NCBI GenBank assembly: GCA_964016885.1
Contig: OZ024743.1
Location: 273,172,001 to 273,236,000, forward strand
From: Eledone cirrhosa
Lineage: Eukaryota
Length of the DNA: 64,000 nt
Direction of reading: 5' to 3'
The notes beneath the pieces were generated by a model, which ran no database searches, was not told where the DNA came from, and saw only the letters and a program-made list of their open reading frames with translations. Below are positions 40,301 to 56,519 of this stretch, piece after piece; positions within the stretch are counted from its first letter, which is position 1; every line of letters starts with the position of its first letter. Both the position numbers and the translations under genes were made by a program.

Positions 40301-42616
40301 TTTATCTGTGTCGAGCGGATATACGGAGACAAGCTTTCGGTGAATTAATCTAACGAGAATATTTTATATTTCCTTTCTTTCCTGCATCATAAATTGGATA
40401 ACTAGTGTATATCGTAAGAAATATTCACATATAGCAAGTATTATATAAATATAAATACAAAACACAAATACTTGAGTAGTAAGGATAGGACAGAGACAAT
40501 CTCGTATCTAAATACCTCAAAGCATATTACAAGATATTCTAAACATTCTGTCTATCCACCTCCGATTGATACTCTATACTTTTCTTTCGAGAGCAAAAGT
40601 AAAATTACGTTCTCAAAAAATGTGTTCCTATTTGTGTAAATAATTATTTTTCAAGGAATTAATAGAGTAGCCTAGCATTAAGCCCCATATTTGCTGATGT
40701 ATGTGCTTGAAATAGAAAGCCGTTTCTTCATTTGTATCTCAACATCTTATGCAATGAGGGACACATTAGATAAAATAATCCTAGATTCTTTCAAAAGACG
40801 AAATTGTCATGGCTTGATCAATTTTGGTGTACACCTAAATAACAAACAAAAATATACAATGCAGTATAAGATGTTTTGTTTTCCTTAAATAATAACTGAA
40901 TTCCTACTACTAGATATAAATTTGTGAAACTGAAATGCAGCATTTTTCGCTGCACATATAACGTTGGTATAGCGATCTAATTTTCTTGGAGACAATATTT
41001 TAAATAGGATTGGGCTTAAATTATTTTAATAATTGCATGCCAATATGTAAGAAACTATGATACACACATATGCATACACCAACATATATCACAATTCCTC
41101 AACATTTGAATGTGGAAGACAAGGATGGGTTAGTTGAATCTCATCTTATGTAGTGAAGTTGCTGAATTTACTTCAACATCATAAACAAGATCAATTCGAG
41201 CCAATTATACTACAAAGAATTCCTACTCTTAAATTCCCCAGTAACTGTTTCACCAATATTTCAAAACCATCATTGACGATTTTATTGTAAATTATTCTGA
41301 AAAGAAATGGATTTCTAAGAAAAAATATTCGGCTATTAAGTTATGCTATGTTATATAGTTTAAATTTTCTTTACGTAGAGTAGAAAATTCGGTTCTACAT
41401 AAACATTATGTCAACTATATTTTACAAACAGAAGTTATACAATGAAGGAAATATAAAAAAAAAAGAGAAAATCATGATTAAGCAATGCAAAACAAGGCGG
41501 AAAGGATAAAGAAGTGCAGATCTGGCTGTATAGGAAAGCGGATAAAAGGACTATAAATACCATAAATATGAAGAAAAGGAGGGAAAAAGAAAGGGCTATT
41601 AGGCAACAGGAAAAAGATAGTGGCAATGGACAAGGGTGACAGACTCTCTGCTTTGGTCGGGGCGATGTTTCGATTGAACCCCACATACAAAACTGCTAGG
41701 CATTTCCTCGGAAACTCGCCAGTGATACCCGCTACAATAGCCACCCCACCCTACAGGGCACCGTCCTCAGACGTGCTGCTGACGTTCTGATTTTACGGAG
41801 ACGCTCATAGTTTGATTCGAGAAACAGAATTCAAAAATACCCACACATTACTAGATACATTATTTGAAAAGCTACTAATATGTGAAAAAAAAAAAAAATA
41901 AAACAACAACCTATTTTCTTATCTTAGATACCTTAGATATCATTTTTCATTGCATTTCAACTGAATTCGTGTTGAGTTTTCCACGTGATTATGGGTGAAT
42001 AACATAACTTGGTTCATGATTTAATTATGAAATCAGGTCTCACTTTATTAAACATATTTTCTAATTGTATCATAACAGTGTGCGAGTTTATCTAATTTTA
42101 TTACATATTTAGACAATGCGACAGTGAGGCTCTGAATATTTCGATAGTTGCCGATGACTATCAACTGCATTTCATTTGAAATGTCTGTTAAGTAGGAGTC
42201 AATCAAAATATTATCACTATATAATTATAATGAATTCATATTGAGTTGAAACGTTGCGTGGTGTATAATTACGCATGTTTCTGGAGAGCTAGCCATGGTA
42301 TTGTATTACACGTTTAAATTGCATTTGAATTCGTGGGGTGAGATTGTGAGACATTGTTCGTGTAAAGGACTTGTAATATTTTAGTGAGAGAACATTTTAG
42401 AAGGAACTGCAACTAAGCATATACATTCTCAGAGCAAAATCGAATCTAGAAGCTTATAAGCCCTATGACGTCGCATGACATTATTTAACTATTTTTTTTA
42501 ATATATAAAGTTTTCTTATATCCTCTTTATTTCTGTTCCGTCCTTGAGCATTTCATATATCATAAGAATATTTTGGTCGTTCGTTATGCTTCTTGCTTAC
42601 ACCTATTTATCGTTTC

Positions 42617-42816
42617 NNNNNNNNNNNNNNNNNNNNNNNNNNNNNNNNNNNNNNNNNNNNNNNNNNNNNNNNNNNNNNNNNNNNNNNNNNNNNNNNNNNN
42701 NNNNNNNNNNNNNNNNNNNNNNNNNNNNNNNNNNNNNNNNNNNNNNNNNNNNNNNNNNNNNNNNNNNNNNNNNNNNNNNNNNNNNNNNNNNNNNNNNNNN
42801 NNNNNNNNNNNNNNNN
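42617..42816. other. Assembly gap (200 N)
   Basis: Run of N. Confidence 1.
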
Positions 42817-43230
42817 TTATAGTTGTTAATGTTGTTGCCGTAATTAAAAAAGTTGTTACTTTGTTTAGTTTGTCTATCATTATCTATGTACACAATCTTA
42901 TAAGCATATCCTGCCCTAGCTAATGCTTCATTATAGTATTGGGCCTTTTCGTCGAAAATCTTTCTATTCGACGAGATCCTAGAGATACGTTTTTGAACTG
43001 AGTTTACTATAGTGTTTTTGACAGATCTGGGGTGGTTAGAGTTAAAGTTGACATAGTTTAAGTTTTCATTCAACTTGTGAAAAGGATAGTGGAGACATGT
43101 GTTGAGATTTAATGTTATATCTAGGAAATTGACTATTCTATGGTTGTTCTCAATTTCTATTTTAAGGTTAAAGTAATTAAAAAAATTTTGTAATTTGTTT
43201 ACATTTTCTATTTAGTCAGGGTTATTATTA

Positions 43231-44301
43231 TTAATAAGTAAAAAGCATGTCATCCCTATATAAACCTCCGGTAGTACCAGGTATTTTCCTATGTAGCGAA
43301 TTGATTAAAAATAAGCCCACAAGGTCAGTTACCTGAGCTGAGTCGGAAGATCCCATAGTTATGTCAAAATTGCTATCTCTATCTGCTCTGGTCCATAATT
43401 TGTCATTAAATTCTATCAAAGTTTTCCTAGCCGATAATATAATATGCATTTCTTTGCTAGTTAGGTCAGTATGTTTGAATGCGTAATTTAGTAGACTAGG
43501 GGTAATAGAAGAATAATAGTTAGCTATATCAAGTTGAATAAACCTATTATTATTGTTATATTTAATTTGCCTAAACCACTCAACAACCTCTCCAGTTCCC
43601 TTCCACAAGCTCAGGTTAGATACACAATCCAAGTTCTTAATTTGCTGTATCACCCTGTCAAGAATGTTTTTGCTTAATTTGCCAAGGTCCGATTTTGAAG
43701 GTGCGATCAATCTAACTGGCAGGTCATTTTCAAAATTCCTCTTGTGGTCCTTCATATTGATCTTCGGTTTCCTGGGCACGAAAGGTTGTGTTCTGTTATC
43801 AATTTCCAACTCGTGCATTATACAAGATGCTTCGACATTCATTTTCTCAAGTTCGGCCTTATCTGCTACCTTGTACTTTTTCCTCAGCTCTTTCAGTATG
43901 AGGCCATTATACATGTCTTTCCGCACTCCATAGAGGTTGTTGGTCTTGTCAGATTTCACCAAGATCTTCTCAGTTTTCTCTAAGCTCTCAATGTTATCCT
44001 TAATGCCTTTCAGATATTCCTGGCCTTTAAAGTTTCTCTTGAATTTGACCCCTTGTATGATAGAAATTATATCGTTTTCAAAGTCAGATAAAAGTTTGTT
44101 AGGGGGTGGATTTCTTTTAGATTTGAAAACTTTGTTTAAGTCCGAGACATTTTCGTCTGCATTAGATTTATCAAAGTGGAATGCACGCCACCTGATTCTC
44201 CTTATAAAAGAGTCAGATTTATCTATTAATTGTTTTATAAAGTCTTTGTTTCTAGGTAGAGGTATGTCTTTTAGAGAGGAAGTAATCTTAAAGAATTCCA
44301 T
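43231..44301 (-). pseudogene. PLE reverse transcriptase (356-aa open segment, frameshift after YRDD)
   Basis: SLKDIPLP, FIRRIRWRAFHF, VKSDKT, MKDHK, VRLIAP, IQLDIANYYSSI, FDITMGSSDSAQVTDLVG, GLYRDD. Confidence 0.9.
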
Positions 44302-44481
44302 TTTTCCAGTTATAATATAAAGCGCTCAACAGTATTGGAGCAAGATACATGGAAAGTTATATTTAAAATTGTTGGGTTACAACTAGTAAATATTTATAAC
44401 TGATATAAAAGCACTCGACAAATATTTGGAGTATATTTACAATATTAAATAAATGGAAAACTATATTTATAAAACCATATT

Positions 44482-44547
44482 TATTTCATTATATATATTT
44501 CGGGGATATCATATTAATAATATGCTATGCCTTCATCAGACAAAATA
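44482..44547 (-). ncRNA. Type I hammerhead ribozyme about 190 nt upstream of the PLE ATG
   Basis: TATTTTGT-CTGATGA-aGG...CCc-GAAA-TATATA-TA-ATGAAATA. Confidence 0.8.
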
Positions 44548-44691
44548 CAATATAAACAGTTTTATAGATAAATAGATTCGACATACCGTTATAACACCGA
44601 CTTCATTTGAAGAGGTTTAAGCTGGCAGTGAAAAAATTTTACACAGAGAGAAAGAAAGAGAGAAAAAAGAAAGAAAGACAGAAAACGAAAA

Positions 44692-44912
44692 TTTAAAGAA
44701 GGCCTTAGGGTTTGTTTTAATGTTTTCTATGGCCCTGTTCTCTTTCTTTGCCCTCTCATTCTCATGTGAAAGTGTGAGTGCAATCTCCGTGTAAAGTAGT
44801 GCACGTTTCAAATAGGATTCCTTCTTGTTTTTGTTTTGTTGACTATTCAACAGGTTTGAGAGTTTAGTTCTACGTCTCATAAGGATTTTCGTATCGTTGG
44901 GAATAAGATTTT
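44692..44912 (-). mobile_element. LINE (CR1/L2-like) ORF2 fragment
   Basis: Peptide [19 protein letters not shown] is typical of the linker upstream of RT in APE-type LINEs. Confidence 0.55.
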
Positions 44913-44913
44913 T

Positions 44914-46745
<1,832 letters not shown>

Positions 46746-46854
46746 ATTTTTTGTATATTTTTGTATATTCTTTAATATATCACTTGCGTTATTTTTATTT
46801 ATATATTTATGGCATTTCTTGAGGAGACTTTCCAAATATTTCACTATGTTTTAT

Positions 46855-46932
46855 ATTACCTTGTCCGACGAACGAATGAGGACGTTTTTTTCGTATTCGT
46901 CTTATTCGGGAAACCTTTGGTAATGAGGTAAT
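46855..46932 (+). ncRNA. Type I hammerhead, CCGACGA core variant, in a 290-bp island within (TA)n
   Basis: ATTACCTTGT-CCGACGA-a-CGAATGAGGACG...CGTCTTATTCG-g-GAAAC-CTTTG-GTA-ATGAGGTAAT; 10-bp stem I. Confidence 0.75.
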
Positions 46933-47032
46933 TATATAGTATTGTTTATTATACATTAAATTTTGCTCTGGTACTTACATAGAGCACTTTCACTCCTATG
47001 ACTTTTTCAATTTTCGATGGAAACTTCAATAC

Positions 47033-47033
47033 T

Positions 47034-47085
<52 letters not shown>

Positions 47086-47086
47086 A

Positions 47087-47167
<81 letters not shown>

Positions 47168-47337
47168 TGTATATATATAAATATGTATATATATATTTAT
47201 ATATATATATATATATAAATATGTATATATATAAATATGTATATATATATTTATATATATATATATATATATATAAATATGTATATATATAAATATGTAT
47301 ATATATATTTATATATATATATATATATATATATACG

Positions 47338-47378
<41 letters not shown>

Positions 47379-47579
47379 GTACATATACATATATATGTAT
47401 ATATATGTATGTATATATATATGTATATATATGTATGTATATATATATGTATATATATGTATATATATATGTATATATATATATATGTATATATATGTAT
47501 GTATATATATATGTATATATATATATATGTATATATATGTATGTATATATATATGTATATATATGTATGTATATATATA

Positions 47580-47630
<51 letters not shown>

Positions 47631-47631
47631 G

Positions 47632-47712
<81 letters not shown>

Positions 47713-47713
47713 G

Positions 47714-47750
<37 letters not shown>

Positions 47751-47825
47751 GTGTGTATATATATATATGTATATATATATGTATGTATATGTATATGTAT
47801 GTATATGTATATTTATATATATGTG

Positions 47826-47858
<33 letters not shown>

Positions 47859-47861
47859 GTG

Positions 47862-47954
<93 letters not shown>

Positions 47955-47972
47955 GTATATATTTATATATAT
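47033..47972. repeat. Long (TA)n/TG compound microsatellite
   Basis: Direct reading. Confidence 0.95.
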
Positions 47973-48023
47973 AGCTATATATACGATATTAAATAAATGG
48001 AAACTATATTTATAAAACCATAT

Positions 48024-48090
48024 CTATTTCATTATATATATTTCAGGGATATCATATTAACAATATGTTATGCCTTCTTCAGACAAAATA
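48024..48090 (-). ncRNA. Type I hammerhead ribozyme
   Basis: TATTTTGT-CTGAAGA-AGG...CCT-GAAA-TATATA-TA-ATGAAATA. Confidence 0.8.
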
Positions 48091-48364
48091 CAATATAGAC
48101 AGTTTTATAGATAAATAGATTTGACATACCGTTCAACATCGAAATTTTTCACTGTTTCTTTACATGAAGTTCTTCTCTTTATCTATCTTTCCATCTCTCT
48201 ATTTTCTTCTTTTTCTTCGTTTTCTTTCTTTCTTTCTTTCTTTCCTCCTTTCTTTCTTTCTTTCTTTCTGTTTACAATTTTTCACTGCCAAATCAACTTT
48301 TTCAAATACAAGTCGATGTTGAACGGTATGTCAAATCTATTTATCTATAAAACTGTCTATATTG

Positions 48365-48430
48365 TATTTTGTCTGAAGAAGGCATAACATATTGTTAATA
48401 TGATATCCCTGAAATATATATAATGAAATA
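48365..48430 (+). ncRNA. Type I hammerhead ribozyme
   Basis: CTGAAGA at 48373-48379; AGG..CATATT/AATATG..CCT-GAAA-TATATA-TA-ATGAAATA. Confidence 0.8.
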
Positions 48431-48562
48431 GATATGGTTTTATAAATATAGTTTCCATTTATCTAATATCGTATATATACTCCAAATACTTGTTGAGTGC
48501 TTTTATATCAGTTATAAATATTTACTAGTTGTAACCCAACAATTTAAATATAACTTTCCATA

Positions 48563-49712
<1,150 letters not shown>

Positions 49713-49714
49713 TG

Positions 49715-50400
49715 TTAAAGTTAAACAGAAATACAACACAATCGGAGGGATATATTAGATTAACGCTTGATATAGGAGGAAAAGGGTCTTAACTTTTCGG
49801 ACGCTTGTCCTTCATCAGAAGAAGGAATGAGAAATAAGATAGATTGAGGGGACGGGTCAGATGGAATTGGAAAAAATGTCTTTAGATAAAAATAACAGGT
49901 CCATTCTTGTTGACACCTCTTGCTGGCGTAGGTGCTGGCGTTTTGTCTATGATTTATTTGTTAGAAAAATGGCAGATAGATTGCCTGAAATGGAAAAAAA
50001 ACCGTTTTGTAAAAAGAGCTATACTTTTGCACGTGCGTAAGCATGTGCTTGTGTGTGGGTGTGTTTTATTATTCGTCCGTACGAAGCTAAGAATAAATGT
50101 GACTGTATATGTGAGCAAAAGTGTGTGTGCAGCTAATTTCGAAGCTGTGAGCCACAGCATGTTAATATATGGGTATGTATGTGTGTATACAGAGCAGTGA
50201 GGGGAAATGTGGGATGACCATATAATGTCGGCATGTGTTAGTTGTAAGAGAAGGTGCTAATGATCAAGAGAAAGCGATAGGCATCTAGAGGTGTGATAAT
50301 GGACGGGGTATTAGAGAAATTGGGGTGGTGAGTTGAGTGCAAGAGGGGAATAGGATCCAAGGCTGTGAATCACACTTTGTTCAGTCCTGGTACGTGAGGC
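49715..50400 (-). mobile_element. 3' end of a second PLE type (GIY-YIG C-terminus, tail, HHR-like motif at ~49787-49822)
   Basis: Minus peptide RTRTEQSVIHSLGSYSPLALN (cf. GIY-YIG terminal E..I..L....P.GLN); TCTT-CTGATGA-a-GGACaagcGTCC-GAAA-AG-TT-AAGA. Confidence 0.6.
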
Positions 50401-50720
50401 CTGTGCTTCCTACATACATATATGCGTATTTAGTTTTATTGCATCGGCAGATCATCCCCTATTTTCTCTACTCGGTTTGGCTTCGCCAAAATCTTGGTCT
50501 CGTGTATAACCTATTCAGCAATTAACACCTGATGAAATCACCTGGGTCTTGCATCAGATTCCGATAATGAAACTTGAAATATGTATAAGTAAAGAGTTAT
50601 TTAACTTGTTGGATATTCAACAAATTTGATTATAACATGTTCGAAGCACTCTACAAGTTTCTTCTGGAGTATAATATCAATGATATTAATAAATGAAAAC
50701 TATCTTTATAAAACCATATT

Positions 50721-50781
50721 TATTTTATTATATATATTTCAAGGGTACCAAAATTTTGGTACGCTCTCATCAGATAAAATA
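50721..50781 (-). ncRNA. Type I hammerhead ribozyme
   Basis: TATTTTAT-CTGATGA-GAGcgTACCAAaattTTGGTAccCTT-GAAA-TATATA-TA-ATAAAATA. Confidence 0.85.
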
Positions 50782-53280
50782 CAAAAGTTGTTTTATAAAT
50801 AGTGACATATCCAAAAAACAAAACCTTATCGTTTTAAGTTCTGTTTGAATAGTGAAAGAAATTTCAAATCTTATATTACCCTTTCCATAAGATTAATGAA
50901 AACCTAAACTATGTCAGCTTCCATTCTGACCATCCTAGAAATGTAAAAAATGCTATTGTCAATAGTGTCCTACAATGAATTTCACGCATTTCAGCTAATA
51001 CAAATATTTTTGAAAATAAGGCAGAATATTATAATGATGCTTTACATAGATTTGGCTACATGAATAGAATTAAATAATTAGATACCAATAACATGCAAAA
51101 TCATCCTAAAACTTACCATAATAATAATAATAATAATAATAATAAGCAATTTAACATAAATAGTAAATCAAACAAAAGAACTAAAACTAGAAATATTATT
51201 TGGTACTCTCCCCCAATCTGATTAGGAATTAAAACACCTGTAGCATACCCATGTATCAACGCATTAGATAAGTGTTTTCGTAAACCCCATAGATACCACT
51301 CTATTTTTAACACGCATACTATATATAAAACTATCTTAGTCTACTACTATGAACATAGCATATATTAATAGAATTAATAATAGAAAGTTAAATATAAACC
51401 CGAACCAAATAAACCGAAATAACAATATTAATATTACTAATAACAGTATTAATACTAATAATAATCGTACCGTTCCTATAGACAACAACTCTAGAAAATG
51501 TAACTGTAGAAACGAATTAAATTACCCTTTACAGAATTACTGCCTAGATAAAAACTTAGTATATAACCAGAGATAAAATATATAACTATATAGGAACAAA
51601 ATTTAAGGAACGCTGGTATAATTACAAACATACATTTAATAGCCAGACAAAACATTTTCAACATCATTCTCACATCTAATTTGGTACTTAAAAGATAATC
51701 ATATTGACTATTCAATGTTTGGGAACGATTCCGAAAGCGCCCTCATACCGAAATATGGCTCTCTCAAGAACTTGTCATTTGTGTATTGAGGAAATATTTC
51801 ATATACTTACCAATCAAAACTCTATTAATAAAAGGAAAGAAATATTCAACTCTTGTAAACATCGCAAAAGTAAAACGTACAGAAGTATCTATAATCTATA
51901 GAAAATATTATATATATCTCACTTGTTTACATTTTCTATGTCTTCACTATGTTTTGTTGATGTTTTGTGGCGTTTTTAAATGATATTTTTCTCTTTTTAA
52001 ATGATATATTTCAAATGATATTCTTTTAAAAGGGTTTTTTAAATGTTATTTTGAAATATATCTTTTTGTGAAAGTTTTAAAGATGTTTCTGTATATACTT
52101 TTGTTGTCTGTAATATATCTTCCTAATAGACTATATAGACATTAACATATGCATAGATGTAAGTAATGCAACCTAAATACATATGTAAGAGAATTTTTAT
52201 CTTAGAAAATATGTAATATAGGATTTTTTTAAATCATATACAAAATAATATATAATATTTTTTTATACATATGTTTTATATTTATCTTAAATGCATATAT
52301 ATTAAATGAATATTTTCTTAAAGTAAACTCTAGTATAAACGACAAATGTAACTTAACTATTTTAACGAAGAAATATTGGAGTTATCTTTTCCTTTAAAAT
52401 GTAACACGCTTAAACATTTCTTCTAAGTAACAACTAAACTTTACATAAATATTAAATTTTCTGTATAATTTCGTTAATTTCGTAAATTTTGTAAATGCAT
52501 TCCTATCTAGATGGAGCTATAGAATGTACAAAATAATCTTCTATAATAACATTAGAACTACTTCCTTTTTCTTAACTATATATTGAAAATATAAACAAGA
52601 AATTCATCGAAACCGTTAACATGTATAAAAATATTTAAATTATCTATCTATTGATAAAAACAACATATATACTCACTAAAATTATTTATATAAATATTTA
52701 TATAAATAATCTGTTGTAATATAATAAAGTAAAATATACTTACAACCTTAAATCTTTATAAAATATACTTATAAATATTATCTATATTATAACTCAAAAT
52801 TAGAATAGATCCAATATTTAGTAGTATCTCTTAATTTTTAAAATAGGTATTCTACCACTTCATTACATTTATAATTCTCATATTATTTTATAGATACTAC
52901 CAAAATATATAATTATATAATTAAATAAATAAATATAATTATTTCACTCTCTTTACACCATCACTGATATGATCCATACAATTATATTTTAATAATAATA
53001 GTCTATTTCTAACTATAATATATTTTTTTCTTATATTCAATCCTTAAATTTTCTTACACCCTAATATTAATATTAACCTCTCTCTCTTCTTCCCTTAAAA
53101 AATTATCCTAATAATTATTTAAATTTACCTCGCCTCTAAATATAACGATCTTTTTCAACTTAACGTCAGCTTCACTAATATATTCATCCTAAGATTTGAA
53201 ATTTCTTTCACTATTCAAACAGAACTTAAAACGATAAGTTCTTGTTTTTTTGGATGTCAACATTTATAAAACAACTTTAG

Positions 53281-53341
53281 TATTTTATCTGATGAGAGTG
53301 TACCAATATTTTGGTACCCTTGAAATATATATAATAGAATA
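53281..53341 (+). ncRNA. Type I hammerhead ribozyme
   Basis: TATTTTAT-CTGATGA(53289-53295)-GAGtgTACCAA..TTGGTAccCTT-GAAA-TATATA-TA-ATAGAATA. Confidence 0.85.
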
Positions 53342-55791
53342 AATATGGTTTTATAAAGATAGTTTCAAATTATCAATATCATTGATATATATATATATAT
53401 ATATATACATATATATATCCGTATATAAATACGCAGTAAGATTACATTTGGGTGGTTCTGGTTCCATATGTATGTTTGGTTATAAACATGTGTAATGGTC
53501 ACACAAAATTAGTTAATATTTCTTCACCATGCTAATACCTAGCACTGTGCTTTACAAGCTTGAAAGAGTAGATTTAGCCCATATTTATATATCTCTTGTA
53601 AAGAAATTTGTCCTTCTGTTTACTTTGTATAGATACTATCTAAAGTGTTGCTGAAGTTGAAATATTGGACTTGATTTGCGATTCTGTTTACTTTGCGTAG
53701 ATACTGTCTGAAGAATTGCTGAATTGTTGAACTTTAAGGTTAATAATAAGCATCGTGATGATGCTGAAGCGGTGGTACTTAGATGTGACTGAAAATTGAA
53801 TATGTTACTGTAAACATGACAACATTAGAATATTCTGTATTTGACAAATTACTCTATGGCTAAACGCAGCTGCTCACCAGTGAGTAGTAGAAACATAAGT
53901 ATCAGATTAGCATCATCGTTAGAGCGTCTGATAGAATATCTGGTTCTATTTTCCTGTAATGCTGGACTGTGAATTCTCATTATGCTGAGGTCAACTTTGC
54001 CTTTTCTCATTCCAAAGTGGGAAGCAATAAATTATCACTCCCTTTCAAAGATCGACCACCTACTCACTCTCTTTATCTCTCTCTTTCTCTCTCTCACTCT
54101 CTCTCTCGATTGTATATGTAAATCGAAGAAAACCCCGTTCGTCATTCAATAGATTCAAGAACTACGTTAAAAGGACACATATCTTCAACACACTCAGTCG
54201 TGTAAACAGAATTCAGTTGTTATAACTGATTAGTGATTATTAAGACACAAGTATTATCCATTATTAGCAAAAGCCACAACAAAAAGAGCAAATGTAACAT
54301 AATAAACTACAACGAATCTTTGGTCTTCAAGCAAGTGGACGTGATTCGATTACCTCCATAGCAACTGGATACTTAACTTGCTAGAAATAACAACCGAATC
54401 ATTCTGAAATCATACAACGTTGTCTTATATAGTGATAGGTTATTTGATGCAAAAACCTAATACAAAATTTTAATGGCTAGCAAAACCGCAATGCAAGTCT
54501 AAATGGCAAGCACGAGATTCACTATGATGAGATGTATGTGTTTGTGTGTGGGTATATATGGGTGTTTCATTTGTTTGTGTATGAGTCTGTGTGTTTGTGT
54601 GTACGTGAATCGATTTCGATGATAATGGTGTTAGTTGTTCGAAGAATAGAAACACGTGAAAATGGATGAGCATTCAAACTGAACGCGTATTCTCAAGATA
54701 ATTCTCCCGGAGATTTACGTATTTCCTCAACAATTACATGTACAACTCATTTTTTCCAGCTGTCTAGCGCAAGGAGACAGCGTATTTCTGGAAATTGAAC
54801 TCAGAACCTTACCATTGGGAGGCATGCACGCTAAAAAGGAAACCATACACCTTCTTACTAAAACTCAGTATTTCCTCAACAATGGCACATCCGCTTGAAA
54901 ACATGTAAAGCCTACTCCCCACATCATATTGCACTACTTGAATCAAGTATGTATATAATGAATGAATTAAAGTTATGTGATACAGTGCTCCCGTAACAAA
55001 CACTGAATTTAATAACCTGTAGTGGCGTATTCGTTAAATGTTAAATGGAAGCAAAAGGACGGTGATTAGTTTCATTGACTTTAGATTGAAAAGTACAGAG
55101 ATTACTGCATAATAGCAGATTAATGCCTTGTTTTTATACGGCAATTAAACTTGAAATCCTCACATCAACCAGCGAAACATTCTTATATCTTAAGGCGGAT
55201 AAGAATAAAGCTATTTGGTGAGATTTAAAATTTTATTAAACAGATTTTCTACTACGTTATCAATACTTTGCATCATCAATTAAAGTAATGAGGAAAAAGA
55301 AAGTTCCAGATAATAGAGAAAATCAAAGCGATCAGCGTCCACGATCCGATTTCATTTCCTGTTTGAAGCGATTTAATTCTACCAGTGTAGCACGAACATC
55401 GGACAATTACATTTGATACATCATTTTAGCTTGGGGCCATGGGCTATATAATAAATATGTAAAGTGAATTGATTTCAGATTGAGTAAATATAATATAGCA
55501 ACTTGTATACATTTGTTCACTTTTAATACAATATATCGTATTCTCTTGTTAATTGAAGCTAAATGAGATGAAGAAAAAAGGACGATCGTTTACTACTAAG
55601 GTACCGATTGATGCAACATCACAGCTTAGTATCAGCAAAGGGAGAAATTTTAAATGCCAACAGGATTAAATGCCAATTTAATCTTAAATTATGTAAGATT
55701 CCTTTGATAATAGCAAATTGTATTGATGCCTCTCACAACTAAAATTCCCATAAATCATTTTTAACCATCAAATATTTAGTTTAATGTATAT

Positions 55792-55942
55792 CATCATCAT
55801 CGATTAACGTACATTTCACACGCTAGCATATGTTTGACGAGCTGTCCCGTTGTGAGACAAGCCAGGCTGGTGGACCATGTTTTTCTCACACAAGAGATTA
55901 TGACTAGGTTTCTACGGCTGGATGCCTTTACTAACGCCAATT
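55792..55942 (-). mobile_element. Probable RTE-related SINE/LINE 3' end with (GAT)n tail
   Basis: CATCATCATCGATTAACGT... and GTTTCTACGGCTGGATGCCTTTACTAACGCCAA; recognised by resemblance only. Confidence 0.5.
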
Positions 55943-56250
55943 CCATTTACAGTGTGTATTGAGTGATTTTTGTCGTGAAACCTCACGACCAATTTACAGT
56001 ATGGACAAGGCGCTTTTCGTCCTGACACATACGCGACCACTTTACTATGTCAATTGAGCACTTTTTATCCTGACTACTACACGACCACTTTACAGTGTGG
56101 GCTGGGTGGTTTTGTCGTGACAGCTACACGGTCACTTAACAGTGTGGGTTAGGCACTTTTTGTCGTGTCACTAACACGACCACTTTACAATGTGGATTGT
56201 GCGCTCATTTTCTTGTCACCAAGATGGCCATTTTATAGAGTGTATTGGGG
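55943..56250. repeat. Degenerate minisatellite, about 47-48-bp unit, about 6.5 copies
   Basis: Approximate consensus CCACTTTACAGTGTGGATTGGGCACTTTTTGTCGTGACACTACACGA. Confidence 0.75.
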
Positions 56251-56519
56251 ACTTGGGTGGGAGAGATGCATGGGGATTAGGGATGTAGATCTAGTGGTGG
56301 GATTACTACAACTTGGGGGATGATGAGATGGGTGATGGAAGGCAAGGTGGTGCATACTATATATATGCTTCAGCGCCTACATATGGGATGGCAGGGCTTC
56401 TGTATTACTGAATAGCGCCACAAATCATGGTCCTGTGCAATATCAGCTTTTATCACATCACTAAAAATCTTCCTAGGCCTTCCCACTCCATAGATTACAA
56501 CAACCTTGGGCGCTTAGAT

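Larger units (their letters stand above)
42817..44690 (-). mobile_element. Penelope-like element (Naiad-like): upstream tail plus pLTR with HHR, RT ORF running into the gap
   Basis: pLTR at ~44330-44620 directly upstream of the ATG at 44301; RT thumb region continues at 42817-43073 (NSNHPRSVK...KRISRISSN). Confidence 0.9.
47983..48562 (+). mobile_element. Minimal PLE derivative: inverted pLTR pair around about 170 bp of tail
   Basis: 47983-48140 is the near-perfect reverse complement of 48313-48473; homologous to 44350-44690; ends AACTTTCCAT into (TA)n. Confidence 0.85.
50570..53388 (+). mobile_element. 5'-truncated Naiad-like PLE with inverted pLTR
   Basis: ~50675-50873 is the reverse complement of ~53189-53387; decayed thumb and GIY-YIG at 50880-51900 (HSDHP, RNIIWYSPP, CNCRN..PLQNYCL, YIG, KFKERWYN, CHLCIEE, INKRKEIFNSCKHR); ~1.3-kb AT-rich tail. 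Confidence 0.88.

Noticed and set aside
41950-42616. Continuation of the 43-kb PLE GIY-YIG across the gap
   Set aside because: No clear GIY-YIG motifs left of the N-run.
46750-47030. PLE N-terminal coding fragment on the minus strand
   Set aside because: Better explained by the plus-strand hammerhead fold at 46855-46932.
55943-56250. CRISPR-like array
   Set aside because: Contiguous degenerate tandem units without unique spacers; eukaryotic context and no cas genes.
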